Below, piece after piece: positions 19,598-29,470 of a stretch of DNA of 64,000 nucleotides (within the stretch, counting starts at the first letter, position 1; the number at the start of each line of letters is the position of its first letter). Position numbers and translations under genes: made by a program. Under the pieces are notes generated by a model, which saw only the letters and a program-made list of their open reading frames with translations, was not told the origin of the DNA and ran no database searches. The stretch comes from Elusimicrobiota bacterium (lineage in GTDB: Bacteria > Elusimicrobiota > Elusimicrobia > UBA1565 > JACRDR01), in the NCBI GenBank assembly GCA_016194745.1, contig JACQBA010000013.1, positions 822 to 64,821 on the forward strand, read 5' to 3'.

Positions 19598-20079
19598 CCC
19601 TCCCGCTCCATCGCGTAGCGGATGGCCAAGGTGCCCGTCTGCCGGACCTCCTCGCTGATGTGCGGCCCCCGCAGGTCCTCGGTCGAATGCCAGCGCAGGT
19701 CGTCGTGCTCGCGCGGCGAGCGGACGGCGTCGCCGTCCTTGGCGCGGCAAAAATAGATGAGATCGATGTGCTGCGGATGACCGTTGGGGATGTCCTCGAG
19801 CTGGACGTGGTTGGGGACATGCAGATATCGCACGCGCGTCTCCGGAGGATCGGGCGCGCGCTTGGGAGATAGGATCTCGGCCTCGAGACCCGTCTCCTCC
19901 CGGATTTCCCGAAGCAGCGCTTCCTCCGGCAGCTCGCCGTCGTCGATGTGGCCGCCGGGCGGAAGCCACATCTGCAGCTTCTTATGGAAGAGGAGGAGCG
20001 TCTTGTCTCCCCGGACCACGTAGCCGGTCGCGACGAAGTGCTTCGGGGAGGTCACGGCGCCAGCGCGAGGAGCGTCCAC
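19591..20079 (-). CDS. NUDIX hydrolase
   Basis: Nudix box GGHIDDGELPEEALLREIREETGLEA. Confidence 0.75.
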   Translation of the reverse strand: MDAPRAGAVTSPKHFVATGYVVRGDKTLLLFHKKLQMWLPPGGHIDDGELPEEALLREIREETGLEAEILSPKRAPDPPETRVRYLHVPNHVQLEDIPNGHPQHIDLIYFCRAKDGDAVRSPREHDDLRWHSTEDLRGPHISEEVRQTGTLAIRYAMEREGQ

Positions 20080-20408
20080 CCGGCGAGGAACAGGACGCCG
20101 CCGATCGGTGTGATCATTCCCAGCTTTCGCGCTCCCGTAAGGCTGAGCGCGTAGAGGCTTCCCGAAAAGAGGACCATGCCCGCGACGAAGCAGACGCCCG
20201 CCGCTTGGACGCCGCGGGACGGCGAGCGCGACATGGCCCAGGCCACCACGAAAAGCCCCAGCGAGTGATACGCCTGATACCGCACGCCGGTCTCGAATAT
20301 TCCTTTCATCTCGTCCGTCAGAAGTCCCTTGAGGCCGTGCGCCGCGAAGGCGCCGAGGGCCACGGTCAGGAGCATGCCGATCGCTGCCGCGCGCGACCAG
20401 AACGTCAT
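20052..20408 (-). CDS. DUF423-family small membrane protein
   Basis: LGAFAAHGLKGLL…4 TM pattern typical of DUF423/YgdD. Confidence 0.7.
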   Translation of the reverse strand: MTFWSRAAAIGMLLTVALGAFAAHGLKGLLTDEMKGIFETGVRYQAYHSLGLFVVAWAMSRSPSRGVQAAGVCFVAGMVLFSGSLYALSLTGARKLGMITPIGGVLFLAGWTLLALAP

Positions 20409-20710
20409 ACCTTGATCCAGATCCAGCCTTCCCGCACCTCGACCGGGAACACGGGCAGCGAGAGGCCCGCCTCGGTCAGGCAGCGGCCGTTCGTCAGATC
20501 CATCTGATAGCCGTGGGAGTTGCAGCGAACGACGTGGCCCGCGAGCTCACCGGTCTCGAGCGGCATCCCGAGATGCGGGCACTCGTTGACGCACGCAAAG
20601 TAGCGCTTGCCCGAGTTGAACACGAGCACGTTGAAGACCCCGACCGGCACGAGTTTGCGTCCGTTCGCCGGGACCTCCTCCACGGCGCACACCTTCTCCC
20701 ACTGTGCCAT
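20405..20710 (-). CDS. Rieske [2Fe-2S] domain protein (NirD-like)
   Basis: CPHLG…CNSHG Rieske cluster ligands. Confidence 0.75.
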   Translation of the reverse strand: MAQWEKVCAVEEVPANGRKLVPVGVFNVLVFNSGKRYFACVNECPHLGMPLETGELAGHVVRCNSHGYQMDLTNGRCLTEAGLSLPVFPVEVREGWIWIKV

Positions 20711-20725
20711 TCCTGAAAGCCTCCG

Positions 20726-21640
20726 TTACGGCGCGCCCTTCGAGCGCAGATCGATGAACGGAGTCGCGCCGCCCGTGACCTGAGGGAGCGCTCCGTTCCA
20801 CTTGTCGATGGATTTGTACTGCACCAACGTCGAGTTGATGGAGGACTGGATCATCCGGTTCGCCTCCGATTCGGCCTTGGCGCGCACGAGGGTGGCCTGG
20901 GCCTCTCCTTGCGCCTTCGCGACCGCCGCCTTGGCGAGCGTCTGCTGCTTCTGCAGCTCGTACTCGGCCTGCTGGGCCTGCTGCTGCGCCCCCATCTTCT
21001 GCTGCATCTGCGTCTCGATGGACGGCGGCAGATGGCTCGCCCCGAGGTTCACTTTGTCGAGCTGGAAGCCCATGTGGCCCAGCTCCACGACCAGCGTCTT
21101 CTGGATGTGGTCCTGCAGCTCTCCCCGCTTGTCGGAGATGATCTCGGAGAGGGACATCTGTCCCGCCGCGTTCTGCGCCACGGTGATGATCGTGCGCCGG
21201 ATGAAGGTGGTCTCAATCTCCCAAATATCGGCGCCGCGGAAGGATCTGAACACCTGCGCCGCCTTGTCCTCGGAGGTGTTGTAGGTCACCGATAGGTCCT
21301 GGCGGATATGCTGGCCTTCGCGCGTCGGAAGGTCCAGGGCGTCGTCGATCGCGTTCGAGCCCTCGCCGGACCGCGCGACCATGGTGTAGGTGCGCAGCGC
21401 CGTCGGGTAGCTTTGGACCCGCGTGATCCAGGGGATGCGGAAGATGAGGCCCTGGTTGACCGTCCGAAGCGAGCCGGTCCAGATGTTGAAGATCACGCCC
21501 GTGTAGCCCGGGGCGATGATCGAGTACGAGCTGATGAATCCGAAGACGATGGAGAGGATAACGACGACCCCCATCAGACGACCGGCAACGCCGGATACGC
21601 GCGTCGAGACTTCGTCGGCTTCAGGCCATTTTGGGGACAT
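20726..21640 (-). CDS. SPFH/band-7 (prohibitin/HflC-like) membrane protein
   Basis: N-terminal TM then SPFH core (…GYTGVIFNIWTGSL…) and coiled-coil Gln/Ala-rich C-term; start chosen at MSPKWPEA. Confidence 0.8.
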   Translation of the reverse strand: MSPKWPEADEVSTRVSGVAGRLMGVVVILSIVFGFISSYSIIAPGYTGVIFNIWTGSLRTVNQGLIFRIPWITRVQSYPTALRTYTMVARSGEGSNAIDDALDLPTREGQHIRQDLSVTYNTSEDKAAQVFRSFRGADIWEIETTFIRRTIITVAQNAAGQMSLSEIISDKRGELQDHIQKTLVVELGHMGFQLDKVNLGASHLPPSIETQMQQKMGAQQQAQQAEYELQKQQTLAKAAVAKAQGEAQATLVRAKAESEANRMIQSSINSTLVQYKSIDKWNGALPQVTGGATPFIDLRSKGAP

Positions 21641-21771
21641 GCGGGTCGCTCCTGGGAGTTGTGTTTCGCGACGTGATGGGAAGCATCGATTACGCGCCTG
21701 CCTCCCGGATGCTAGCAGATTTTTCACGTCCTTGCGGGCGATTCCTCGAACTGTGTATAGTCTCGGAAGTC

Positions 21772-22650
21772 ATGCCCCTACCGTCGCGATCGTCCGCCGC
21801 GTGGGTCTGCGCCGTCGTGCTTGGCCTGGTGCTGTTGCGCGCCGGGATCCGGTCCTTCGAGCGCATGAACGTCTACATCCCGTCGCGCGGATTCACCATC
21901 ATGCCGCAGACGTACGGCATGGACTATCGGGACGTCTCGCTCAAGACGTCCGACGGCGTCCCGGTCCACGGCTGGTACGTTCCCGCCGCCCCCGCGCGGC
22001 CGGAAGCGAAGTCGAAGCCCGCGGCCGGCCCGCTCGCCGCGAGCAAGCTCGTGCTCCTCTATTGCCACGGAAACGCGGGCAACATCAGCACGCGCGTCCC
22101 CAAGGTCAACATGTTCCACAGGCTGGGGCTCGGCGTCCTGCTCTTCGACTATCGGGGCTACGGGAGGAGCGAAGGCTCCCCTTCCGAGGCGGGGACGTAT
22201 CTCGACGCGGAGGCCGCCTACCGCTGGCTCGTCGAGGAGGCCAAGGTGCCCGCCCAGAACATCTTGGTTTACGGCGAGTCTCTCGGGAACGCCGTCGCCA
22301 TCGAGACGGCCCTCCATCATCCCTCGCGCGCGCTGATCCTCGAGAGCCCCTTCACCTCGATCCTCGACATGGGCCGGCTGATCTTCCCGTTCCTGCCCGT
22401 CTCGTGGCTCGTCACGATCCGCTACGATAACCTCGCCAAGATCCCGGACGTCCGCTCTCCGGTCTTGGTCCTTCACAGCAAGGACGACCGCATCATCCCG
22501 GTCGGGATGGGACGGCGCGTGTACGAGGCCGCGAGGGACCCCAAGGAATTCGTGGAGCTCGTCGGATCGCACGACGAAGCCTACCTCGAGTCCGGCGACC
22601 TCTACCCGAAAGCGCTCGTGCGCTTCTTGGGGCAAGGAGCCGCGTCATGA
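21772..22650 (+). CDS. Alpha/beta-hydrolase (BAAT/ABHD-type)
   Basis: HGNAGN oxyanion region; nucleophile elbow GESLG; …D…H; start at signal/TM MPLPSRSSAAWVCAVVLGLVLL. Confidence 0.75.
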   Translation: MPLPSRSSAAWVCAVVLGLVLLRAGIRSFERMNVYIPSRGFTIMPQTYGMDYRDVSLKTSDGVPVHGWYVPAAPARPEAKSKPAAGPLAASKLVLLYCHGNAGNISTRVPKVNMFHRLGLGVLLFDYRGYGRSEGSPSEAGTYLDAEAAYRWLVEEAKVPAQNILVYGESLGNAVAIETALHHPSRALILESPFTSILDMGRLIFPFLPVSWLVTIRYDNLAKIPDVRSPVLVLHSKDDRIIPVGMGRRVYEAARDPKEFVELVGSHDEAYLESGDLYPKALVRFLGQGAAS

Positions 22651-24518
22651 GACCCTCTGCCGCGCGCCTCGGCGCTACTTTGGCGGCGGCGCTCCTAAGC
22701 GCGGACGCGGGCGCCCAGACGCCGCCTCCGCCGGTTCAGGTATCGACCGCGGCGGCGGTCTCGGCGTCGACGCCGCAGGTCACGGCGGTCTGGCCGAGGG
22801 AGCGCGAGAACTTCGCCTTCATGCAGAGGACCTTCACGTTCGGCAACGTCACCGCGGGCTCGACCTTGACGATCAACGGCGTCCCGGCGAAGGTAGACGC
22901 GGACGGAGCCTTCTTCGAAATGGTCGCGCTCTCCTCCGGGCCGTTCGCGATCCAATACGACGGCGTGTGGCAGGGCGTGGCGGTGAGCACGCGGCGCGTC
23001 GTCAACGTCGGCCCTCCGGGGGGCCTGCCCGATCTCGGGACGGCGGAGGCCGCCGCGCTCGAGCCCGCCGTCAATCGCGAGGTGACGCCCGGCCAAATCG
23101 TCAACGTGCGCTGCAGGGGCCCGGTCGGCGTCGCGGGCAGCTTCTCTATCGGCGGCGTCGCGAGGAACCTCACGCTCGTCGAGAGCACGGGCGCCGTCCG
23201 CGGCGTCTTCTCGGGCTTCTACGTCATCCAGCCCGCCGACGCCGGGAAGGACATGCCGGTCGAGTGCCGGTGGAAGACCGGGTTCTTCAGCAGCGCCCAC
23301 GCCGAGGCGAAGGGCAAGATCTCCATCGCCGAGCCCGGACGCTCGCGCGTCGCCGTGACCTCCCCCAAGTGGTCGGTCATCAAGAGCCAGTCGAGCGGCT
23401 ACACGATCTTCCTGCCGGAGGGCGTCAAGCTCGAGGCCTCGGGGCGCGATGGAAATCAGGTGCGCGTGCTACTCGCCGAGGATTTCGACGGCTGGATCGA
23501 CGCCGCCGCGGTCAAATTCCTGCCCGAGGGGACGCCGCCGCCGCGGGCCACCCTCGGGCAGAACGTCTCGACCGTCGTGACCTCGGACACCGTGAAGGTC
23601 GTCTTCGAGATCTCGGACCGCGTGGCCTTCGACGTGAGCCAAACGGCCGACCCCGTCTCCTACACGATCCGCTTCTTCGGCGCCGCGCACCGCTTCGACC
23701 GCATCCGCTTCGCCAAGGACGATCCGGTGGTGCGCGAGGTCCGCTGGAAGCAGGAGCGCACCCGGATGGTCGAAGTCACGATCGACACCGCGTTGAGCCG
23801 CGGCTGGGGCTACAACGCGTACTACGACGCCTCCGGCAAGTTCGTCTTCGAGATCGTCCGCCCGCCGAACGTCGCCAAGGCGAAGAACCCGCTCGCGGGG
23901 CGGCGCATCGTGGTCGATCCGGGCCATGGGCCCGAGACGAGCGCGGTCGGCCCGCGGGGCACCGCCGAGCGCGACGTCAACCTCGCGATCGCCCTGCGTC
24001 TGCGCGACCTGCTGAGCGCCGCCGGCGCCGATCCCTACATGATCCGCGTGAGCTCCGAGGGACCGCCGCTCGCCGACCGGCCACTCGAGGCGTGGAAGGC
24101 CAAGGGCGAGCTCTACGTCAGCATCCACAACAACGCCCTCCCCGCCGCGGCCGACCCCTTTTCCGCGCCCCGCGGCTTCATGCTCTTCTACTATCACCTC
24201 CCGAGCCGTCCCCTCGCCGAGGCGATGCACCGGAGCTACCAGGCATATCTTTCCGAATTGGCGGACGAGGGCCTGCAATGGGGCGATCTGTCCGTCTGCC
24301 GGACCACGACGATGCCCGCGATCCTCACCGAGACCGCCTACATGATCTTCCCGGACCAGGAAAAGAAGCTCCTCGATGCCGGTTTCCAGCAGAGGGTGGC
24401 GAAGCTCCTGTTCGAAGGCATCCGCACCTTCTACGAAGACTATAAGGCGCTGCAAGCCTCGAGCGCCGACGACCGCCGGGCGGCGCGGGAGGAGCCGGCG
24501 GCGGGGCGAAAGCCCTGA
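22647..24518 (+). CDS. N-acetylmuramoyl-L-alanine amidase (Amidase_3, AmiC-like) with N-terminal beta-rich domains
   Basis: Signal peptide; RRIVVDPGHGP…E…SIHNNAL…TETAYM Amidase_3 motifs. Confidence 0.8.
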   Translation: MRPSAARLGATLAAALLSADAGAQTPPPPVQVSTAAAVSASTPQVTAVWPRERENFAFMQRTFTFGNVTAGSTLTINGVPAKVDADGAFFEMVALSSGPFAIQYDGVWQGVAVSTRRVVNVGPPGGLPDLGTAEAAALEPAVNREVTPGQIVNVRCRGPVGVAGSFSIGGVARNLTLVESTGAVRGVFSGFYVIQPADAGKDMPVECRWKTGFFSSAHAEAKGKISIAEPGRSRVAVTSPKWSVIKSQSSGYTIFLPEGVKLEASGRDGNQVRVLLAEDFDGWIDAAAVKFLPEGTPPPRATLGQNVSTVVTSDTVKVVFEISDRVAFDVSQTADPVSYTIRFFGAAHRFDRIRFAKDDPVVREVRWKQERTRMVEVTIDTALSRGWGYNAYYDASGKFVFEIVRPPNVAKAKNPLAGRRIVVDPGHGPETSAVGPRGTAERDVNLAIALRLRDLLSAAGADPYMIRVSSEGPPLADRPLEAWKAKGELYVSIHNNALPAAADPFSAPRGFMLFYYHLPSRPLAEAMHRSYQAYLSELADEGLQWGDLSVCRTTTMPAILTETAYMIFPDQEKKLLDAGFQQRVAKLLFEGIRTFYEDYKALQASSADDRRAAREEPAAGRKP

Positions 24519-24529
24519 CGCCTCGGACC

Positions 24530-25570
24530 ATGGATACGCTGAGACCCTATCTCGCCTCCTTCATGCCGTGGTGCGAGTCGACCGTCATCCTCGTCGTCTC
24601 GGCCCTCGCCGCGCGCGTGTGCCGCACGACGCTCCTGCGACGGCTGGAGGAATGGATCGGCAAGGATGCCGCGGCGGGGCAGCTGACGATCCATCTGCTG
24701 CGCAAGCATGTCCCCGCATGGATCCTTCTCGCCGGCGTCTCGGCGGCCGTGCATACCTCGCCCTTGGCCGCCTTCCATCAGGCTCTTCTCGACAAGGCGG
24801 TCTTGGTCTTCTTCTTTGTCTCGATCACCTTCGCCGCCTCCTCGCTCGTCTCCGACGCGATCGACCTCTACGCGGCGAGCTACAAGGCGCCCTCGGCCGC
24901 GCTGCAGGTGACGTCGAATCTGAGCCAGATCCTCATCGTGGCGCTGGGCGGGATGCTCCTCCTGTCCAACCTCGGCATCTCGATCACGCCGCTCCTCACC
25001 GCGCTGGGCGTGAGCTCGCTCGCGGTCGCTCTGGCGCTCCAAGACACGCTCACGAACTTCTTCGCCGGCATCCACATCGTGGCCTCCGACATCGCGGACG
25101 TGGGCGATCACATCCGGCTCGAGACCGGGCAGGAAGGCGTCGTCGTTGAGATCGGCTGGCGGGCGACGCGCATCCGCGAGCTCGCGAACAACCATATCAT
25201 GGTGCCCAACATGAAGCTGGCGCAAAGCATCGTGGTGAACTATCAGCGGCCGCTGCCCGACATCGGCGTCTCGGTTCCGATGCAGGTCGCCTTCGACGCG
25301 GACCTGGGCAAGGTGGAGGCGATCGCGCTCGACGTCGCCGCCGCAGTGCTGAAGTCCCAGTCCGGCGGCGTCGCGAGCCATCCTCCGAGCGTGCGTTTCA
25401 CGGGATTCGCCGAGACCGGCATCCAATTCAGCGTAAACGTGCGCGCCTCCTCCTTTCCCGACAAGCACCTCATCGTGCACGAGCTGGTCAAACGCTCGCA
25501 CGAGCGCTTTCGCAAAGAAGGGATCGCGATCTCCTACCCGCAGAAGACCGTCACCGTCAAGCCGGGTTGA
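24530..25570 (+). CDS. Mechanosensitive ion channel MscS family
   Basis: TM3 region LLTALGVSSLAVALALQDTLTNFFAGIHIV followed by beta-domain. Confidence 0.8.
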   Translation: MDTLRPYLASFMPWCESTVILVVSALAARVCRTTLLRRLEEWIGKDAAAGQLTIHLLRKHVPAWILLAGVSAAVHTSPLAAFHQALLDKAVLVFFFVSITFAASSLVSDAIDLYAASYKAPSAALQVTSNLSQILIVALGGMLLLSNLGISITPLLTALGVSSLAVALALQDTLTNFFAGIHIVASDIADVGDHIRLETGQEGVVVEIGWRATRIRELANNHIMVPNMKLAQSIVVNYQRPLPDIGVSVPMQVAFDADLGKVEAIALDVAAAVLKSQSGGVASHPPSVRFTGFAETGIQFSVNVRASSFPDKHLIVHELVKRSHERFRKEGIAISYPQKTVTVKPG

Positions 25571-26783
25571 CGCGGCGGACGCGGCGATAGACGAAGGCCG
25601 CGGCGAATCCCGAGATCCCGGCAGCCAACAGCAGAAGACCGTACGGCGCGCCTCTCGACGGGCGAGGCCGCCGCGCTTGCGGCAGGACCGCTCCGGACTC
25701 CGAAGCGTACAGATCGGGCGAGACGTCCATCGAAGGCTCCTCGGCGGCGCCGCCGAGGCTCCCGAAAACGCCCGGCAACAGCCCGAGACGCTTGAGCGAC
25801 GATGCGATCTCGACGCGGGCGCTGCGAAGCCGCGCGAGAAGGCCGGCGAGGACGGAGGCGTCGCGCCGCGCCGCCGGCATGGCGCGAGCCGGCTCCCGGA
25901 CGGTGTCCCTCAGCGCCTCCTGCGGCACGGCGACCTTGGACAGCGGGCGGGCGAAAGCCGATCGTACAGAGCCGCGCGAATCCGGCATCCGCGCGCGGCT
26001 CGGCGCAAAGTCCTTGGTCCAGACCTTCGAGTAACGGGCGGCGTCGGCTCGGCGCGGCTGCCGTGAGGGAGCGTCCCGGTATTCCGCGCTCTCGGCACGA
26101 GGCGAGCCGAGGGGCCTGGAGAAGGCGAACGTCGGCGCGTCCGCTTGCCCTATCGCCACGGCGTCCGCACGCTCGCGGTTACCGCCGACGAAATCCGCGG
26201 CGTAGTTCCTCACGGGATCGGTCCTGCCGATCTCCTCATGCGCCGCGCGCGCGGCGGCGTCGTGCCGCTCATAGGGCTTGGCACGCCGGAAAGCGTCCGC
26301 GTCTCGCATACTCCTCGAGTCGAGATGCGAGAGCTTGCCGCGGTTGTCCGTGAGCTTGAGCAGGGCCGCGGCCTTGGCGTCCTGGGGATCCTTCGCGGCG
26401 GCTTCTCGGGCATAGGACCGGGCCCGCTCGAAGTCCCCGTTCTCGAAGGACTCCTGCGCCAAGCGCGTGTACTCGCCCTCCCTCTCGCGCTTACCCTCCG
26501 GAAAGCCGGCCGTGTTCCCGGTGCGCTCCTCCGGAAAGGCCGCCGCGTTCCCGGTGCGGTTCTCCGGGCGGTTGAAGCTCCCCCACACTCGAGCCTCCAC
26601 CGCCTTGCGCTCCTGCGGCGTCACCGAGCGGGAATGGGCCATGCCGCACGGATAGGGGATGAGCTCGCCGTTGACCTCGCGCACGCAGCCTTGAAGGTCG
26701 TCGAGGCTCAGCTCCGCGTGGATGGAAGGCGGGAAAAAGGCGGCTGAAAGCGAGATAATAAGGAAAGAAGCCGCCCTCCGCAT
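25557..26783 (-). CDS. Hypothetical secreted protein with C-terminal TM anchor and basic tail
   Basis: Signal peptide MRRAASFLIISLSAAFFPPSIHA; internal NRTGNAAAFPEERTGNTAGFPEGK repeats; C-term GLLLLAAGISGFAAAFVYRRVRRV. Confidence 0.4.
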   Translation of the reverse strand: MRRAASFLIISLSAAFFPPSIHAELSLDDLQGCVREVNGELIPYPCGMAHSRSVTPQERKAVEARVWGSFNRPENRTGNAAAFPEERTGNTAGFPEGKREREGEYTRLAQESFENGDFERARSYAREAAAKDPQDAKAAALLKLTDNRGKLSHLDSRSMRDADAFRRAKPYERHDAAARAAHEEIGRTDPVRNYAADFVGGNRERADAVAIGQADAPTFAFSRPLGSPRAESAEYRDAPSRQPRRADAARYSKVWTKDFAPSRARMPDSRGSVRSAFARPLSKVAVPQEALRDTVREPARAMPAARRDASVLAGLLARLRSARVEIASSLKRLGLLPGVFGSLGGAAEEPSMDVSPDLYASESGAVLPQARRPRPSRGAPYGLLLLAAGISGFAAAFVYRRVRRVNPA

Positions 26784-26854
26784 TCCCAAAGAATGCGCCC
26801 TCGGGCGCAAAGAATCATGAGCCAAGGGGCCCAGCGCCAAAAGGACCTAAAGGC

Positions 26855-27274
26855 CTAGTGCGGCAGGCGGTACAGCATCCAATAGACCACGACTCCGGTG
26901 ACGGAGACGTAGAGCCAACTGGGGAAGGTCCAGCGCGCGAGGCGCTTGTGCTCCTCGAAACGCTCCCGCCAGGCAAGGTAGACCGTGCGCGCGATGAGCG
27001 GCACGTTCACCACCGCGAGGACGGTATGGGTGATCAGGATCGCGAAATAGACCGCCCGGAGCGGCCCGCCACCCTGGTAGCGCACCGAGCCCACCTTCGC
27101 GTGGTAGACCAAATACGACGCCAGGAAGACCGCCGAGACCGCGAGGGCCGAGCCCATGGCCGCCCGGTGCGCCGCGACGCGGCCGGCGCGGATGAGCGCG
27201 TAGCCCAAGAGCAGGAGCACGGCGCTCGACGCGTTCAAGACGGCGTTTACGGCCGGGAGGCTCGAGTACGTCAT
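26855..27274 (-). CDS. DUF420 membrane protein (oxidase-operon associated)
   Basis: 4-TM small protein; DUF420 proteins typically accompany heme-copper oxidase genes. Confidence 0.7.
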   Translation of the reverse strand: MTYSSLPAVNAVLNASSAVLLLLGYALIRAGRVAAHRAAMGSALAVSAVFLASYLVYHAKVGSVRYQGGGPLRAVYFAILITHTVLAVVNVPLIARTVYLAWRERFEEHKRLARWTFPSWLYVSVTGVVVYWMLYRLPH

Positions 27275-27278
27275 CCGG

Positions 27279-28115
27279 CTAGGCGCTGAGGACGAGGAGG
27301 CCGAAGACGGCAGGCAGATAGGCCAAGGACGCGAGGAAGAGCCGCCGCGTGTCGGTCCGCTCGAGCGTCCAGCTCGCCCGCATCCCGAGCGCGAGGAACG
27401 CGCTTCCGAGGGCCAAGGCGCCGAAGCCGTAGCCGACGCCGGCCAGTCCGCACAGCATCGGCATCAGGCTCGCGAGCAGCAGGCCGAAGCTGTGGATGGC
27501 GATCTGCGCGGCCGTCCCGCCGCCGGCCGGATCGACCACGGGCATGACGCGGAAACCGGCGCGCGCGTAGTCCTCCTTATGAAGCCAGAACATCGCGAGA
27601 AAATGCGGGATCTGCCACAAGAACTGGATCGCGAAGAGCGCCCAGGCGGGTGCCTCCGCGGCGCCCGTCACGGCCGCCCAGCCCACGACGGGCGGGAGCG
27701 CACCAGCCACGGCCCCGAACCAGGTGCTGAGCGGCGTGCGGGGCTTGAGCGGGGTATAGAACGCGAGGTAGCAGACCATCGTCGCGGCGGTGTAGCCGCA
27801 CGCCGCGAACGTCGCCTTCCACGCGAGGATGCCGAGGCCGGCCGCGCCGCACGCCGCGCCGAAGGCGAGGGCGGCCGTCGGATCGATCTTCCCGGCCGGC
27901 AGCGGGCGCCCGCTCGTGCGCTTCATCAACGCGTCCCGGTCGCGCTCCATGACCTGGTTGAGCGTCCCGGTCGAGCACGAGGCGAGGACGACGCCGAGGA
28001 TCATCCAGGCCGCTCCGGAGGCGCTGCGGCCCCCCGCGAGCCAGTAGCCGATGAAGGCGGTGACCGCGACCATGACGGCGATGCGCGGCTTGGTCAACTC
28101 CATGTACGTCCTCAC
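27279..28115 (-). CDS. ctaB: Protoheme IX farnesyltransferase (heme O synthase)
   Basis: MELTKPRIAV… UbiA-family CtaB/CyoE signature, multi-TM. Confidence 0.85.
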   Translation of the reverse strand: MRTYMELTKPRIAVMVAVTAFIGYWLAGGRSASGAAWMILGVVLASCSTGTLNQVMERDRDALMKRTSGRPLPAGKIDPTAALAFGAACGAAGLGILAWKATFAACGYTAATMVCYLAFYTPLKPRTPLSTWFGAVAGALPPVVGWAAVTGAAEAPAWALFAIQFLWQIPHFLAMFWLHKEDYARAGFRVMPVVDPAGGGTAAQIAIHSFGLLLASLMPMLCGLAGVGYGFGALALGSAFLALGMRASWTLERTDTRRLFLASLAYLPAVFGLLVLSA

Positions 28116-29008
28116 CTAAGCCTCCACGCGCGCAGCGTCCAGAGGACCATCGTTCCGAGGAGCGCGGCGCCGACGACGACGTGCGCGGTCGGCAGGATGA
28201 CGCGCCAGAACTCGAGCGGCGGCAGGCCGCTCATCTTCGCGGCCAGCGCCGCGACGCCGAGGGCAAGCTGCAGAAAGAGAAGGCCGATCGCGGCTCCGGT
28301 GATGCGCGTCATCGCCGGCTCCGACGCGCAGGCGCCCGCGACTCCCGAGACCGCCCAGCCGACGGCCAGCATGACGCCCGCCGCCCAGGCCGCGTGATGC
28401 GGGAGGGTCGAGCCCCCGTGACGATAGATCGCGCCGAGCAGGAGCTGGAGAAAGATCGCGCCGACCGCCCAGGCGCCGCGCGCCCACAACGGTCCGATGC
28501 CCCGCGAGCGCGCCGCTAAGAACCACGGGGACGTCGCCTGCGCCTGGACGAGCAGAAGGCTGAAGACGGTCTGCGCCAGGCACGCGTGGGAAACCGACAC
28601 CATGCGCGGCAGCCGGTAGAGGACCGTGACGCCCCCGAGGACCGCCTGGACGACGATCCCGAAGGCCGCGGCCGCGGCGACCCGCTTCATCCAGCGCCGG
28701 TCGTCGGCGGCGAGGACCCACCCGGACAGGGCGAAGGTGAGGAGCCCGACCGTGCCCGCGATCATCCGGTGGCCGTGCTCGAACAAGACGCCGCCGACCA
28801 TCCTCGGGAAGTACTGCCCGAACGACAGCGGCCAGTCCGGCACGGCGAGCGAGGAGCCCGTCGACGTGACGAGCCCGCCCGCGAACAGGAGCAGGAACGC
28901 GCAGCCGGCGGTCAGCTGGGCGAAACGATGGAGCGCTCCGGCGCCCGTCCCGCGGGGCGCCTGCGCGGCGCGAGGGAGCGCGGGCGCGGGAGCCGACGCG
29001 ACGATCAC
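28112..29008 (-). CDS. ctaA: Heme A synthase CtaA/COX15
   Basis: …SSLAVPDWPL…HR…; multi-TM; start placed at GTG (GTGA overlap with upstream tiny ORF) rather than Arg-rich track start at 29191. Confidence 0.75.
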   Translation of the reverse strand: MIVASAPAPALPRAAQAPRGTGAGALHRFAQLTAGCAFLLLFAGGLVTSTGSSLAVPDWPLSFGQYFPRMVGGVLFEHGHRMIAGTVGLLTFALSGWVLAADDRRWMKRVAAAAAFGIVVQAVLGGVTVLYRLPRMVSVSHACLAQTVFSLLLVQAQATSPWFLAARSRGIGPLWARGAWAVGAIFLQLLLGAIYRHGGSTLPHHAAWAAGVMLAVGWAVSGVAGACASEPAMTRITGAAIGLLFLQLALGVAALAAKMSGLPPLEFWRVILPTAHVVVGAALLGTMVLWTLRAWRLR

Positions 29009-29262
29009 GAGAGTCTCTCGGCGGCGGGCTCCGCGGCGGGGACGACGAGGTCGTCCTTGCGCGCGGACTCGATCTGATAGACGAAGTAGACGAGACCTGC
29101 GAGCATGCTGAACACGGACCCGACGAGCACGAGCGTTCCGACGAGATACGCCATCGGCAGGCGGCTCGTGCCGTCGGAGGCTCCGAAGCACACCGGGCAG
29201 GCCTGTGCGCGCTGCGCCAAGGCCGCCGACAAGGACGCCGCGACCGCCAGTAGCCGCGTCAT
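29005..29262 (-). CDS. Small (85 aa) membrane/periplasmic protein with CPVC motif, candidate oxidase assembly or Cu/redox factor
   Basis: MTRLLAVAASLSAALAQRAQACPVCFGASDG… then TM AYLVGTLVLVGSVFSMLAGLVYFVY; ATGA overlap with upstream ORF, GTGA with ctaA. Confidence 0.4.
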   Translation of the reverse strand: MTRLLAVAASLSAALAQRAQACPVCFGASDGTSRLPMAYLVGTLVLVGSVFSMLAGLVYFVYQIESARKDDLVVPAAEPAAERLS

Positions 29263-29441
29263 GCGCCGGGGCTCTTCGTCTTTCGGATGAACCAGGTCAG
29301 GTAGGCGGCGGCGGAGAGGAAGCAGGCGCCCGAAGCCGCGGCCAGACCCTGCGACGCGCGCTGCCCCGCCCAGACGGCCAGGAAGCCGAAGCACGCCAGC
29401 GTGGCGAGAATGAGAAGGATGTGAAAGGCTCGGAGTGACAT
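29259..29441 (-). CDS. Small (60 aa) 2-TM protein within oxidase operon
   Basis: ILLILATLACFGFLAVWA and ACFLSAAAYLTWFI hydrophobic helices. Confidence 0.4.
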   Translation of the reverse strand: MSLRAFHILLILATLACFGFLAVWAGQRASQGLAAASGACFLSAAAYLTWFIRKTKSPGA

Positions 29442-29470
29442 GACGGCGACGGCGCGACCGGCGTGCGGAA

